Shown: positions 17,469-28,014, counted from the first letter of the stretch. The stretch is 64,000 nt of DNA from an uncultured Verrucomicrobiae bacterium (GCA_963840305.1 CAWIYE010000003.1:134739-198738); one strand, 5' to 3'. Notes: a model not told the origin generated them from the letters alone. Program-made: numbers and translations.

Positions 17469-18455
17469 ATGAAATCGACGCAGGAAATTACGCAGGAAGT
17501 GCGGGAGCTGGGGCAATGGATTCCGGCACTCCGCCAGCAAGTCGCTCACGTTGTGGTGGGCCAGAAATATTTGGTGGACCGTCTTCTGCTGGGGCTCCTG
17601 GCCAATGGCCATCTCCTGCTCGAGGGCGTTCCCGGCCTGGCCAAAACGCTCACCGTGAAAACGATGGCCGCGTGTATCCAAACCGGTTTTCAAAGATTGC
17701 AATTCACGCCCGATCTTTTGCCGGCGGATTTGATCGGCACGCTCATTTACAACCCGCGCACGGGCGAGTTTACGACAAAGCTTGGCCCGATTTTCTCTAA
17801 TTTGATCCTGGCCGACGAAATCAATCGCGCGCCGGCCAAAGTGCAGAGCGCGTTACTGGAAGCGATGCAGGAGCGACAGGTCACGATCGGCGAACAAACA
17901 TACCCTCTCTCCGATCCTTTTCTTGTTCTCGCGACTCAAAACCCGATTGAACAGGAAGGAACCTATCAACTGCCCGAGGCGCAACTCGATCGTTTCATGT
18001 TCAAATTAAACATTGGTTATCCGCAGAAATCCGAGGAACGAACTATTCTTGATTTGATGGCGACTTCGGCGCCCGATTTGCAAGTAGATGCCGTGATCGA
18101 ACCAAAGCAGATCATCGCCGCACGCAATGTGGTAAACGAAATCTACATCGATGACCGAGTAAAAGATTACATTGTCGATGTGGTCTGGGCGACGCGCGAG
18201 CCTGCCTCATATAATTTGATGCTTGAAGGACTGATTCGTTACGGCGCTTCGCCGCGCGCAACCATTTATCTGGCGCTCGGCGCGCGGGCCCATGCGTTTC
18301 TGAACGGGCGCGGGTATGTGACGCCGCAGGACGTAAAAAGCATCGGCCCCGATGTGTTGCGGCATCGGATCATCGTTAGCTACGAAGCCGAAGCGGAAGC
18401 GGTCACCAGCGAGACTATCATCGAGCGGATTTTTGCAGGGCTGCCTGTTCCGTGA
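17469..18455 (+). CDS. moxR: MoxR-family AAA+ ATPase
   Basis: Intact 328-aa ORF. It has Walker A GVPGLAKT and LADEINRAPAKVQSALLEAMQE, typical of MoxR. Confidence 0.9.
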   Translation: MKSTQEITQEVRELGQWIPALRQQVAHVVVGQKYLVDRLLLGLLANGHLLLEGVPGLAKTLTVKTMAACIQTGFQRLQFTPDLLPADLIGTLIYNPRTGEFTTKLGPIFSNLILADEINRAPAKVQSALLEAMQERQVTIGEQTYPLSDPFLVLATQNPIEQEGTYQLPEAQLDRFMFKLNIGYPQKSEERTILDLMATSAPDLQVDAVIEPKQIIAARNVVNEIYIDDRVKDYIVDVVWATREPASYNLMLEGLIRYGASPRATIYLALGARAHAFLNGRGYVTPQDVKSIGPDVLRHRIIVSYEAEAEAVTSETIIERIFAGLPVP

Positions 18456-18467
18456 TTTTTCTCGGTA

Positions 18468-19407
18468 ATGCAACGGGCTCCGTCGACTTCGCTTCGCTCC
18501 GCTCGGGATGACGAGCGCTCAGAGAAAACAAGCGAGATTCTCAAAAAGATCCGAACGCTCGAGATTAAGACCCGCGGCCTGGTCGAGACCGCATTCGCTG
18601 GCGACTACCACAGCGTTTTCAAAGGGCGCGGGATGAACTTTGAAGACGTGCGCGAATATCAACCGGGCGATGAAATTCGCTCCATTGATTGGAACGTCAC
18701 GGCGCGGATGGGCAACGCGTTTGTGAAAAAGTTTACCGAGGAACGCGAGCTAACGGTGATGCTGGTTGTGGACGTCAGCGCCTCCGGGAAATTTTGGAAG
18801 CACAACACAATCCAAACGCGAGCTGGCGGCAGAGGTTGCCTGTTTGCTCGCATTCAGTGCGATCAGGAACAATGACAAGGTCGGACTGCTTCTCTTCACC
18901 GATCGCGTCGAGCTTTTTATTCCACCAAAAAAAGGCCGGTCTCACACGCTGCGGCTGATCCGCGAGATTCTGTTTTTCCAACCGCAGGGGCGCGGCACGG
19001 AGCCGGCGCTGGCACTTGATTACCTGAATAAGATCGTAACACGACGTGCAGTCGTTTTTTTCATCTCGGATTTTCAGGCGCCCGATTTCTCGCGAGCGCT
19101 TGCGGTAAGTGGACGGCGACACGATTTCATAGCCGTCCATATTCGCGACGAACGAGAAAGCGTATTACCAAACATCGGCATGATTACGTTAGAGGACGCC
19201 GAGACCGGCGAACAGATCGAGATCAACACAGCCGATCGCAAAACGCGCGGTCTCTTTATGGATCTTGTCCGCGGCCGCGACACGGAACTTTCCCGCACGC
19301 TGCGGCGGAACAACATCGATGCGATCGCGTTGCAGACTGGAGAAGATTATTTGCCGGCGTTGCGCTCGTTTTTCAAACAACGCGAACGCCGGCTGGGTGT
19401 TCGATGA
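18468..19407 (+). CDS. DUF58 (vWA-like) protein of the MoxR/Bat operon
   Basis: FKGRGMNFEDVREYQPGDEIRSIDWNVTAR and VVDVSASG. Frameshift near 18790 joins ORFs 18468..18875 and 18766..19407. The first about 15 codons overlap a REP unit, so the start is uncertain. Confidence 0.8.
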
Positions 19408-19450
19408 ATTGGGATCGTTAAGCCGGTGAACCGTTGAAGCGGAGCGAAAA

Positions 19451-19965
19451 ATGAATATGCCGATTTTGCTCGCTGAAGAATTCCACGACATCGCGCCACC
19501 AGTGGATTATTCACTGATTCCGCCCTGGCTGGTGTTCGTGATCGTATTTGTGTCGCTCTCGCTTCTCGGCCTGGTGGTGTGGTTGTTCGCAAAGCGCCGC
19601 AGACCGGCGCCGCCTCCAAAGTTGCCGCGCGAGATCGCGCTGGAAGAACTCGAACGAATTAGTTGCGAAATTGAAAAGATAAGCCCGTATCAGTTTAGCA
19701 TTCGTGTGTCGGATATTTTGCGCAAATACGTCACGCAGCAGTATGGGTTGCCAGCCACGCGACAAACTTCGATCGAATTTCTGACCGCGCTGGCAGAAAG
19801 CGCTCGCCGTTCTCCGCCGAGGAAAAATTGTTACTGGAGGACTTCTTGAACCGGTGCGATCTGATTAAGTTCGCGCGATACGAAGCGACAACGTCGGACA
19901 GCGAATTGCTACTCGGAGAAGCGATCCGTTTCGTGAAAGGAGGCGAGCTGGCGACGGTTGAGTCC
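19451..19965 (+). CDS. DUF4381-type membrane protein of the Bat operon
   Basis: An N-terminal TM helix, then ...DLIKFARYEA in the next frame (frameshift near 19800). No stop separates it from batA in the assembled frame. Confidence 0.65.
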
Positions 19966-19995
19966 ATCCCGCAGCACGGCTCGACTTCGCTCGAC

Positions 19996-21051
19996 ATGAC
20001 AAAGTTGTTTGATTGGTGGCCGGCAAACAGCGCGCTGACGTTTGCGCGGCCGTGGCTGCTCCTGTTACTGCTGGCAATTCCGTTGCTGGCGTATTTGCGT
20101 GGAAAACGTGGGCCGGCTGCGGCGCTGACTTATTCATCCACAGCGACCCTTCGGGCAATCGGAAAACAAAGCGCCGCGCGCGCGGGAAAAATTCTGAGGA
20201 CGCTGCTACTGGCTTCGCTCGCGATTTTTGTAGTTGCACTTGCGCGTCCCCAACTCGGCAAGAGCCTCACCCAGATCGAGGCGAGCGGGATCGACATCAT
20301 GCTCGTGCTGGATGTCTCGGGCTCGATGCTGACGAAGGATTTCACGATCGGCGGACAAGAAGCGACGCGCGTCGATGCAATCCGCGAAGTCACACGCAAA
20401 TTTATTGAAGAACGGCCGAACGATCGAATCGGCATCATTGCGTTCGCCGGTCGTCCGTATGTCGTCAGTCCGATGACATTGGATCATGACTGGCTTCTGC
20501 AAAATTTGGATCGCGTGCGGATAGGTCTCGTCGAAGACGGCACTGCGATTGGATCGGCCATGGCAGCAGCAGCCAACCGGTTAAATGATAAACGTTCAAA
20601 GAGTCATGTTCTCGTTCTGTTGACCGATGGAGAGAATAATGCCGGCAAAATTCCACCAAATACTGCCGCCGAGGCAGTGAAAGCGTTAAAGATTCACTTC
20701 TACGCCATTGGCGCCGGCATCAACGGAATTGCGCCAGCGCCGATCTTCACTAACCGAGGGCCCTTAACCGATGCGCTGGGCAATATTCTCTACGAAAACC
20801 AGCGCGTGGAGTTTAACGAGACCGGTCTGAAAGAGGTTGCGAAAATTGCGGACGGGAAATTTTTCCGAGCGACCGACACGAAATCGCTTGAGCAAATTTA
20901 CAACGATATAGACAAGCTGGAAAAATCTACCGTGAGCGTAAAGAAATATCAGCAATACCGCGATCTATTTCCGCTGTGCCTGATGGGTGGATGCGGGCTG
21001 CTGGTCGCGCAGATTTTGTTGTCGCAAACGATCTGGAAAAAGTTGCCATGA
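19996..21051 (+). CDS. batA: vWA-domain aerotolerance protein BatA
   Basis: Start at MTKLFDWW, immediately after a REP unit. TM helices are followed by the vWA MIDAS motif VLDVSGSM and a C-terminal TM helix. Confidence 0.85.
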   Translation: MTKLFDWWPANSALTFARPWLLLLLLAIPLLAYLRGKRGPAAALTYSSTATLRAIGKQSAARAGKILRTLLLASLAIFVVALARPQLGKSLTQIEASGIDIMLVLDVSGSMLTKDFTIGGQEATRVDAIREVTRKFIEERPNDRIGIIAFAGRPYVVSPMTLDHDWLLQNLDRVRIGLVEDGTAIGSAMAAAANRLNDKRSKSHVLVLLTDGENNAGKIPPNTAAEAVKALKIHFYAIGAGINGIAPAPIFTNRGPLTDALGNILYENQRVEFNETGLKEVAKIADGKFFRATDTKSLEQIYNDIDKLEKSTVSVKKYQQYRDLFPLCLMGGCGLLVAQILLSQTIWKKLP

Positions 21052-21136
21052 GAAAGCTGTCGTTCTTAAAAGTGGGAGGGACCTTAGTGTCCCGACTCAT
21101 CCGTAACTGTCGCGGCACCAAGGCCGCTCCCACGTT

Positions 21137-23375
21137 ATGACCTTTGGCGCACCAGAATGGCTTTGGGGCTTGTTGCTGATCCCACCCCTGATCGCGCTCT
21201 TTATGCGCGCGGAGCGTCGAGGATATCGGCGCCTGCAGGAATTCGTTTCAGCGCGTTTGCTGCCGCAGCTTGCCGGAACCGTGAATCGGCCGCGGCGCAT
21301 CATAAAGTTTGCGCTCCTGTTGCTGGGACTTTCTCTGGCCGTCGTCAGTCTCGCGCAACCGCGCTGGGGTTACACTTTTCAGGACGTAAAGCGTAAAGGG
21401 CTCGATTTGCTGATCGCCGTGGACACGTCGCGCAGCATGCTTTCCAATGACGTCCAACCGAACCGCCTCGAGCGCGTCAAGCTTGCGGTCCAGGATTTGA
21501 TCAATGAGCTCCAGGGCGATCGTGTTGGTCTGATCGCTTTTGCCGGGCGCGCTTTCTTGCAAGCGCCGCTTACGATTGATTACGACGCCGTTGTTGAGGC
21601 CATCAATGATCTGGACACGAAGACGATTCCCGAAGGCGGGACCAATATCTCCAGCGCCATTGCGCTTGCGACGCAGAGCTTCGGCAAAAGCGCAACTGGG
21701 AATCGAGCGCTCATCATCTTTACCGACGGCGAGGACTTAAGCGGTGACGCTGATAAAGATGGCGAAAGAAGCGGCCGACGCGGGCGTGCGAATTTTCACC
21801 GTGGGCGTCGGAACACCGGAAGGCTCGCTGATTCCCATCACAGGCGACGATGGCCAAACGGCTTTTGTAAAGGACTCAGCCGGCCAAGTCGTCAAATCAA
21901 AATTGGACGAGAAACGTTTGCGCGAAATCGCACAGGCCACAGGTGGGTTTTATATTCATTTGGAAAGTGGGCCCCGCACGATGCAGCAAGTTCAAACTGA
22001 AGGATTGGCAAAAATGCAGGCTGCTGAAATGGACATGCGTTTGTCGCGGCGTCCAATTGAGCGCTACGAGTGGCCGCTGGGAGCGGCGTTGATTGCTCTC
22101 GCGTTGTCGATCCTCATTCCCGAGCGGCGATCCGCCACCGGACGGATTCGCCGTGGCGAACGCGTGCGCGAGAGAGGCTACGTTCCTGCCGCTGCCAGGG
22201 CTGCGGGTGCGACGGCTGCCCTCCTGATGTTCCTCTCTTCATTTGCGCTTGGTGCAGCGCCGGGAATTGACGCCTATCACGACGGGAAATTCGAAGATGC
22301 TTACGGCCAGTTTCAGCAGACGCTGAAATCACATCCGCAATCGCGTGCCGAGGACAAGCTCCAGTTCGATTCGGGCGCAGCGGCTTACAAACTAAAAGAT
22401 TATAACAGGGCTCTGGAATCGTTTAGTCAGGCCTTGCTTACGCCAGACACCGGTTTGCAAAGCAAAGGTCATTACAACCTGGGCAACACGCTTTATCAGC
22501 GCGGCGAAACGGAAAAAAGCGACGATAAAAAGCTGAGCGATTGGACAAACGCGCTGAGTCATTATGAGCAAACACTCAAGATCGATCCGCAAGATAAGGA
22601 TGCCAAAGATAACTACGAGTACGTCAAAAAGAAGATCGAGGAGTTAAAGAACAAGAAGTCCCAACAACAACCCTCCCCTTCCCCCTCTCCGCCGCAAAAG
22701 AACAAACAGAACCAACAACAGAATAAGCAAAATCAGCAGCAACAGCAAAACCAGAACCAGCAACAGCAAAAACAGTCGCAGCAGAATCAACAGCAAGACC
22801 AGCAGCAACAGCAGAACCAGCAGCAAAACCAGCAGAACCAACAGCCGCAGCAGGGTCAGAACCAGCAAGAGCAAAAGGAGCAACAGCAGCAGCAATCACA
22901 AAATCAGCAATCGCAAAACGAGCAAGCCCAGGCGAAGAACGAGCCACAGAAGAAACAGCAGCAACAATCGAGCGAGACGCCTTCTCCCTCGCCGGGCGCG
23001 GAAAACCAGCAGGCAAACCAGCCTTCACCGTCACCAGGAGAACGACAAGCTGAAGAGTCACCGAGCCCAGGAGAAAGTGAAAGTGAAATGCCATCGCCCT
23101 CGCCGGGAGAAGGTGAAGGCGAAGGAGAAGAACCATCAACTACGCCCGCGGAATCGCCGCAGAAAAAATTCGCCGGTGAAGTGAAAGGCGCGGGCGAAGA
23201 TAAATCGCAGAAGCCGCCAGACAAAAACGCACAGATTGCCGAGGCCGAGTTGGAAAAAGAGGGCCAGATGAGCGAGCGCCAGGCGCTGGCGCTGCTTGAA
23301 TCGATGAAGGACGAAGAGGCGCGAGTTCGACTTGATGAACGCCGAGTAACGCGCCATGTCTATAAAGACTGGTAG
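21137..23375 (+). CDS. batB: BatB-BatC-like fusion: vWA domain + TM + TPR + Q-rich / acidic P-S-E-rich tail
   Basis: AVDTSRSM MIDAS motif, a TM helix, TPR-like repeats (KLKDYNRALESFSQAL, GNTLYQRGE), then a long Q/N tract. Frameshift near 21740 joins ORFs 21137..22000 and 21744..23375. Confidence 0.8.
22660..22990 (+). repeat. CAG/CAA-rich low-complexity tract encoding poly-Q/N
   Basis: Over 100 codons dominated by Q, N and K (QNQQQQQNQNQQQQKQSQQNQQQDQQQQQNQQQNQQ...). The antisense ORFs 22644..22895 and 22624..23139 are artefacts of this tract. Confidence 0.85.
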
Positions 23376-23422
23376 CGACGTTTGTCATGTCGATCGAAGT
23401 CGAGACATCCAGGAAATATAGC

Positions 23423-23507
23423 TGTAGCGTGCGCTGTCCTCAGCGCACTTCCGTCGCATCACGTGTAACGCTGCCGGGGATATCCGCTGAGACAGCGGAC
23501 GCTACAC
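23423..23507. repeat. REP hairpin, family 2 type (TGTAGCG..CGCTG..TCAGCG)
   Basis: Inverted repeat GTAGCGTGCGCTGTCCTCAGCG ... CGCTGAGACAGCGGACGCTAC, between batB/C and batD. Confidence 0.65.
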
Positions 23508-23578
23508 CACGTGGGACAAGGAGCTGTTCGCAGCGAAGTCGAAAGGCTCGGAATAACGCTTGCAAGCTAGCCTCTACG

Positions 23579-25447
23579 ATGTTCCAGCGGATCTTCATCG
23601 CGGTTTTTATTGCACTCGCTTGCACTCAGTTAGCGTTTGCCGATTCGCCCAGCGTTACCGCGGTGTTGAGCAATTCGGAGACTGTTGTTGGCGAAACGGT
23701 TGAGCTGCAAATCAAGGTAATCGGCCCCGGCGATGCGAATCCTCCGGAAGAGATTTCAATCGACGGTTTGGAAATCCATTCCACCGGACAATCGAGGCAG
23801 TTCGAAATACACAATTTCAGCACCAGTTCGAGCGTGACGTACAATTACACGATTCTCCCGCTCAGGGCGGGCCGATTCACGATTCCGCCGCAAACCGTCC
23901 GCGCCGGTGGCAACTTGCTCAGGACGCCGGAGCTGACATTAAACGTCGCGGACGTACCAGGTCGTTCGTCCGCGGCAAGGCCGAGCCGTGGCATGCAGAG
24001 CCAGTCAGTCCGCGCAAGCGATCTGGTTTTTGCCGAACTGATTGTGCCAAAGAAAACTGCCTACGTCGGCGAGATCGTTCCTGTTCAGATCCGGATGGGA
24101 TTGGACCCGCGCGTGCGCCCAAGATTGATCGAGCCACCTGAAATCACTGGACAAGGATTTACTGCGCAGAAATTACAGGAATCCGGCCAAAATTCAGAAA
24201 CCATCAATGGCAGACCTTACGACGTGTTCACTTTTAAGACTGCGATCGCTGCGGCGCGCGCAGGAAAATTCGAGGTCGGCCCGGTGAAGGCCAAGGCGCA
24301 AGTTCTGGTTCCGCGTGTACGAAGTGCACCGCGAGCCCGCTCGCGTTCTCCATTCGATCTGTTCGATCTGGATGATCCGTTCTCGGATCCATTCTTTAGC
24401 AATCCGTTTGCTCAAATGGGTGAGCGCCGGGAGGTAGAGATCAAAAGCGAACCCGTCGCACTCGAAGTAAAACCGTTGCCGCCAAACGCGCCGTCGAGTT
24501 TTTCAGGCGCAATCGGGAATTTTACAATGACTACAGACGCTAACCCCAAGAGCGTGCAAGCAGGCGATCCCATCACCGTCACAACTGCAATCGCGGGCCG
24601 CGGCAATTTCGACCGCGTCAACGCGCCAGTAGTTGAAGACGAGCGCGGGTGGCACAAATATCCGCCGTCTTCCAAGTTTAAACAGGACGACGAGGTCGGC
24701 ATCAGCGGCACAAAAACCTTCGAGACGGTGCTTTCGCCTAACGAGAAGAAACAAAGCCTGCCGTTGCTGGCATTTTCTTATTTCGATCCGGTGAAGGAAC
24801 AGTACGTGACACTGCACAGCGAGCCGATCCCGATCGCTGTGCAGGGAGGAGCGGCTCCGGCGAATGTCGCCGGGGCCCAGCCGGCGTCGTCGCCCGCTGC
24901 TACAGTGACGCGCCCGGCATCAGCGGCCAAGATTACAGCCAAGCCGCAGGATATCCTTTATCAACTCACGGAACGACCGCGCGCAACGGAATCGTTTGCG
25001 CCAATCTACACGCGTCGCGTTTTCTGGGGCGTGCAAGGAATTCCGTTACTTGCTCTGATTGGATTTGTGGTCTGGAAAATTCGAAGAGCGAGGATCAACA
25101 ATCGCCAGGCACAACGAATGGCTGCGCTGCACCACGAAGCGGCCGAGCTAATGCACAACTTGCGTCGCAAAGATGCAACCCCGCGCGAATATTATGCCGA
25201 AGCCTCCAGAGTCGTCCGGGTTAAAACCGCGCTGGCGTCCGCTAGTCGCGGGATTGATCCGAACATTGTGGACGCGGAAACCGCAGCGGACACTTTCAAA
25301 CTGAACAGCAACGAGCGCGACCGGTTGCGCCGTTTGTTCGAACAAAGCGATGAGTGGCAATACAGCGGAGCGCATAACGGCCCGGGAAGAATTTCCCCGG
25401 AGAACCGCCGCGAAGTGCTGGAGTTGATTGAAAATTTGGGAACATGA
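23579..25447 (+). CDS. batD: BatD-like oxygen-tolerance protein
   Basis: Start at MFQRIFIAVFIALACTQLAFA (signal peptide), a large extracytoplasmic region, a C-terminal TM helix and tail. The ORF-track start at 23387 reads through REP units. Confidence 0.8.
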   Translation: MFQRIFIAVFIALACTQLAFADSPSVTAVLSNSETVVGETVELQIKVIGPGDANPPEEISIDGLEIHSTGQSRQFEIHNFSTSSSVTYNYTILPLRAGRFTIPPQTVRAGGNLLRTPELTLNVADVPGRSSAARPSRGMQSQSVRASDLVFAELIVPKKTAYVGEIVPVQIRMGLDPRVRPRLIEPPEITGQGFTAQKLQESGQNSETINGRPYDVFTFKTAIAAARAGKFEVGPVKAKAQVLVPRVRSAPRARSRSPFDLFDLDDPFSDPFFSNPFAQMGERREVEIKSEPVALEVKPLPPNAPSSFSGAIGNFTMTTDANPKSVQAGDPITVTTAIAGRGNFDRVNAPVVEDERGWHKYPPSSKFKQDDEVGISGTKTFETVLSPNEKKQSLPLLAFSYFDPVKEQYVTLHSEPIPIAVQGGAAPANVAGAQPASSPAATVTRPASAAKITAKPQDILYQLTERPRATESFAPIYTRRVFWGVQGIPLLALIGFVVWKIRRARINNRQAQRMAALHHEAAELMHNLRRKDATPREYYAEASRVVRVKTALASASRGIDPNIVDAETAADTFKLNSNERDRLRRLFEQSDEWQYSGAHNGPGRISPENRREVLELIENLGT

Positions 25448-25527
25448 ATCAGCGAAACAAAAGTAGCGCATGCGTCCCCGTTTGCGAAACCTTCCTGACA
25501 CGCGAGCGAGGGCGCTCGGGCTACGTT

Positions 25528-26259
25528 ATGGGTGCCTGCTGTTCGGTGATTTGCCTGCTAGTTGCTTCATTGGCTTTTGCGCAGCCAGATGCAGACTTTG
25601 CAAAAGCGAATCAGGATTTTGCCCAAGGCCATTTCAAGGAAGCGATTTCGGATTACGAGGCGCTGATTCGCGACGGACAATGGAGCGCAAACGTATTTTA
25701 CGACCTCGGCAACGCTTATTTTCGCGCTGGTGATTTCGGGCACGCCATTTTGAATTACGAACGCGCACTCGCCTTGGAGCGGCATCATCCGGAGGCGACG
25801 GCGAATTTGCAGATCGCTCGCGACGAGGCCGGCGCGCTGGAACTCCAGCCAAGCTGGCCGGAGCGTTATCTGAAGATTGCGAGTGTCAATCAGTACTGCA
25901 TCGCTGCAGCCGTGGCTTTCTGGGTCGCAGCATTTTGTTTGGCAGCATTGACTTTCACTCCTCGCCGATCAGTTGCCAGGATCAGCTTGGTTGTTGTGAT
26001 GCTTTTGGTTTTTGCTGGATCGATCTTTGCAATCTGGCAACTCGAGCGCGGAAGCAAAGGCGAGGTATTGGCTATTGTGACGGGCAAAGGTGTCCAGGCA
26101 CGTCTGGCGACTGCGGACACAGCGAACGCCGTTCTGGCGTTGCCTCCCGGCAGCGAAGTCAAAATTCTGAGTACGCGCGGTGATTGGATCTACGCAGCGC
26201 TGCCGAATAATCTGCGCGGCTGGATTCCGGCGAAGAACGCCGAGCAAGTGCGATTGTAA
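25528..26259 (+). CDS. batE: BatE-like TPR + SH3b protein
   Basis: TPR motifs (ANVFYDLGNAYFRAGDFGHAILNYERALAL), TM helices, and a C-terminal SH3b-like end (GDWIYAALPNNLRGWIPAKN). Confidence 0.75.
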   Translation: MGACCSVICLLVASLAFAQPDADFAKANQDFAQGHFKEAISDYEALIRDGQWSANVFYDLGNAYFRAGDFGHAILNYERALALERHHPEATANLQIARDEAGALELQPSWPERYLKIASVNQYCIAAAVAFWVAAFCLAALTFTPRRSVARISLVVVMLLVFAGSIFAIWQLERGSKGEVLAIVTGKGVQARLATADTANAVLALPPGSEVKILSTRGDWIYAALPNNLRGWIPAKNAEQVRL

Positions 26260-26281
26260 ACTGGAAGCGGCGGTCTCCAGT

Positions 26282-26393
26282 CCGCCGAACTTCAAGGAAT
26301 AACGGATTCCCAGCCCCGAAAGCTTTCGGGGCTGCCCAGTCGCCACGGCGAATCCGTCCTGTGGCGGACCGTCGCTCCTTGAAGTTTGCGGCG
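26282..26393. repeat. Nested long palindrome downstream of batE (REP/terminator-like)
   Basis: Outer arms CCGCCGAACTTCAAGGA / TCCTTGAAGTTTGCGGCG. Middle arms ACGGATTC / GAATCCGT. The core is a perfect 24-nt palindrome, CAGCCCCGAAAGCTTTCGGGGCTG (26311-26334). Confidence 0.7.
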
Positions 26394-26420
26394 ATTGCGA
26401 ATCGCCGTTACAGAAATCGT

Positions 26421-26858
26421 ATGACTCCCGAGATGGAAATCGGCACCGATAGAAAGGCGCTGCAAATCAATCTGGATCCGGCCAAGTACGGGACGTTCGC
26501 AGAGATTGGCGCCGGCCAGGAAGTCGCTCGCCGGTTTTTCCGCATCGGCGGTGCCGCCGGCACCATCGCCAAGACCATGTCCGCCTACGACATGACGTTC
26601 AGCGATGCCATCTACGGACCGGCGGACCGCTACGTCAGTCGTGTTCGTCTCCAGACAATGCTCGACCACGAATACAATCTCCTCATCGAGCGGCTCGACG
26701 GGAAATTTGGGGCGGAGAAAACTTTCTTTGTCTTTGCAGACACGGTTGCGGCACGCAGTTTTAAACAGCGCAGCTGGGAGCGAATGGTCCCACCGGAGGT
26801 CGTGCACATAATCAAGAAGCGCGAATTTTTCGGCTACCGCAGATCGATCGCCGCGTAG
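26421..26858 (+). pseudogene. N-terminal fragment of a conserved hypothetical protein (apparently truncated)
   Basis: A well-conserved-looking N-terminus (INLDPAKYGTFAEIGAGQEVARRFFRIGGAAGTIAKTMSAYDMTFSDAIYG) degenerates after about 130 aa and runs into a REP unit. I could not name the family. Confidence 0.35.
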
Positions 26859-26870
26859 CCACCTATCAAT

Positions 26871-26954
26871 GTCATTCCGAGCGAAGTTGAGGAATCTCTA
26901 ATTTTAAACGCAGCAAGAAAAGTCCAGAGATGTCTCGACTCCGCTCGACATGAC
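26871..26954. repeat. REP hairpin, family 1
   Basis: GTCATTCCGAGCGAAGTTGAGGAATCTCT ... AGAGATGTCTCGACTCCGCTCGACATGAC. Confidence 0.75.
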
Positions 26955-26969
26955 AATGCCAATTGTTAT

Positions 26970-27763
26970 ATGAAAATTGCAGTCGCTCAGATTTCGTGTT
27001 CGCTTGGTGATCCGGAAGCGAATCTTCTTAAGGTCCGCGACTTTTCTCGCCGCGCCAAAGATGAGGCGGGCGCGGAGCTGATCGTTTTCCCGGAGATGAC
27101 TGACACCGGTTACTCGATGCCGGTGATCCGAGAGCATGCGAGCGATTGGGCAAATGGATTTGTTCCCGGCGTCCAGGAAATCGCGAAGAGAATTTCGATC
27201 GCGATCGTCAGCGGCGTCTCGGAGCGGGATGGCTCATCGATCTACAATTCCCAGGTTTTTGTCGATTCGCAGGGCAACATCGCAGCGAAGTATCGCAAGA
27301 CTCACCTATACGCGGTCGCGCCCGTCGAGGAACAAACGTGCTTTGCCCCGGGCAACACGCTTCGCGAGCTTTGCGCTCGGCGATCTGCGTTTTGGCTTCA
27401 GCATCTGCTACGATCTTCGGTTTCCCGAGACTGTACCGAAAATTGGCGATCGAGCAGAAGGTCGACGCTTTTGTCATCTCTTCTGCCTGGCCTTTCCCGC
27501 GCGACGAACATTTTCGAATACTTGCCATGGCACGCGCGATCGAAAACCAGAGCTACGTCATTGCATCGAACCGCGTCGGTAAAGACGATGACCTGTGGTT
27601 TTGTGGCAGCTCCGCGATCATCGATCCCCGCGGAGTCGTCATCGCCGCCGCATCAGCAGACCGCGAAGAATTGATTCACGCCGATATCTCAGACGAACTT
27701 GTGCAGTCAGTGCGACGACGCGTGCAATCGTTAGGTCATCGTCGCCAGGATTTATACGGCTAG
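26970..27763 (+). CDS. Carbon-nitrogen hydrolase (nitrilase superfamily, omega-amidase-like)
   Basis: Glu motif LIVFPEM, KYRKTHLY, and catalytic Cys in FGFSICYDLRFPE. The gene is spread over three frames (26970.., 27136.., 27146..), implying 2 frameshifts. Confidence 0.8.
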
Positions 27764-27942
27764 TCAATTGCACTGAGCCGATGCATTCGGCGGAACGAAT
27801 TGCGAGAGTCTATCCGGCGTGTTTTCGCAACGACCGAAGAGGCTCTCCTGTGCGCTAGTTATTTGCTTTCGTTAGTTCTGGATTGGTCCACACCTTGACT
27901 ATTTTGTTTCGGAGTCGCTGCTAGTAAGTGACAAGCCGCTGG

Positions 27943-27998
27943 AAAAAAAAGCGAGAATCCGGAGAAGAGTCGCAGTTTGCTGCGATTCTCTCCGGATT
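27943..27998 (-). terminator. Rho-independent terminator of the HAF-repeat gene
   Basis: On the minus strand, a long GC-containing hairpin (AATCCGGAGAGAATCGCAG-caaa-CTGCGACTCTTCTCCGGATT) is followed by T8. Confidence 0.7.
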
Positions 27999-28014
27999 AA
28001 TTCATTGGGCGAGC

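Noticed and set aside
17186-17800. ORF 17186..17800 as a 204-aa protein
   Set aside because: Only its first about 50 codons (the Der C-terminal KH-like region) look real. The rest overlaps moxR out of frame and results from a missing or shifted der stop.
22624-23139. Minus-strand ORFs (poly-Leu 22644..22895, 22624..23139, 22904..23224) opposite the batB/C tail
   Set aside because: These are antisense reading artefacts of the CAG/CAA and GAA/CCG low-complexity tract. They have no start context and their composition is implausible.
23387-23578. Long N-terminal extension of BatD (start at 23387)
   Set aside because: The extension is a translation of REP units (MSIEVETS..., CSVRCPQRT...). A canonical signal peptide begins at the ATG at 23579.
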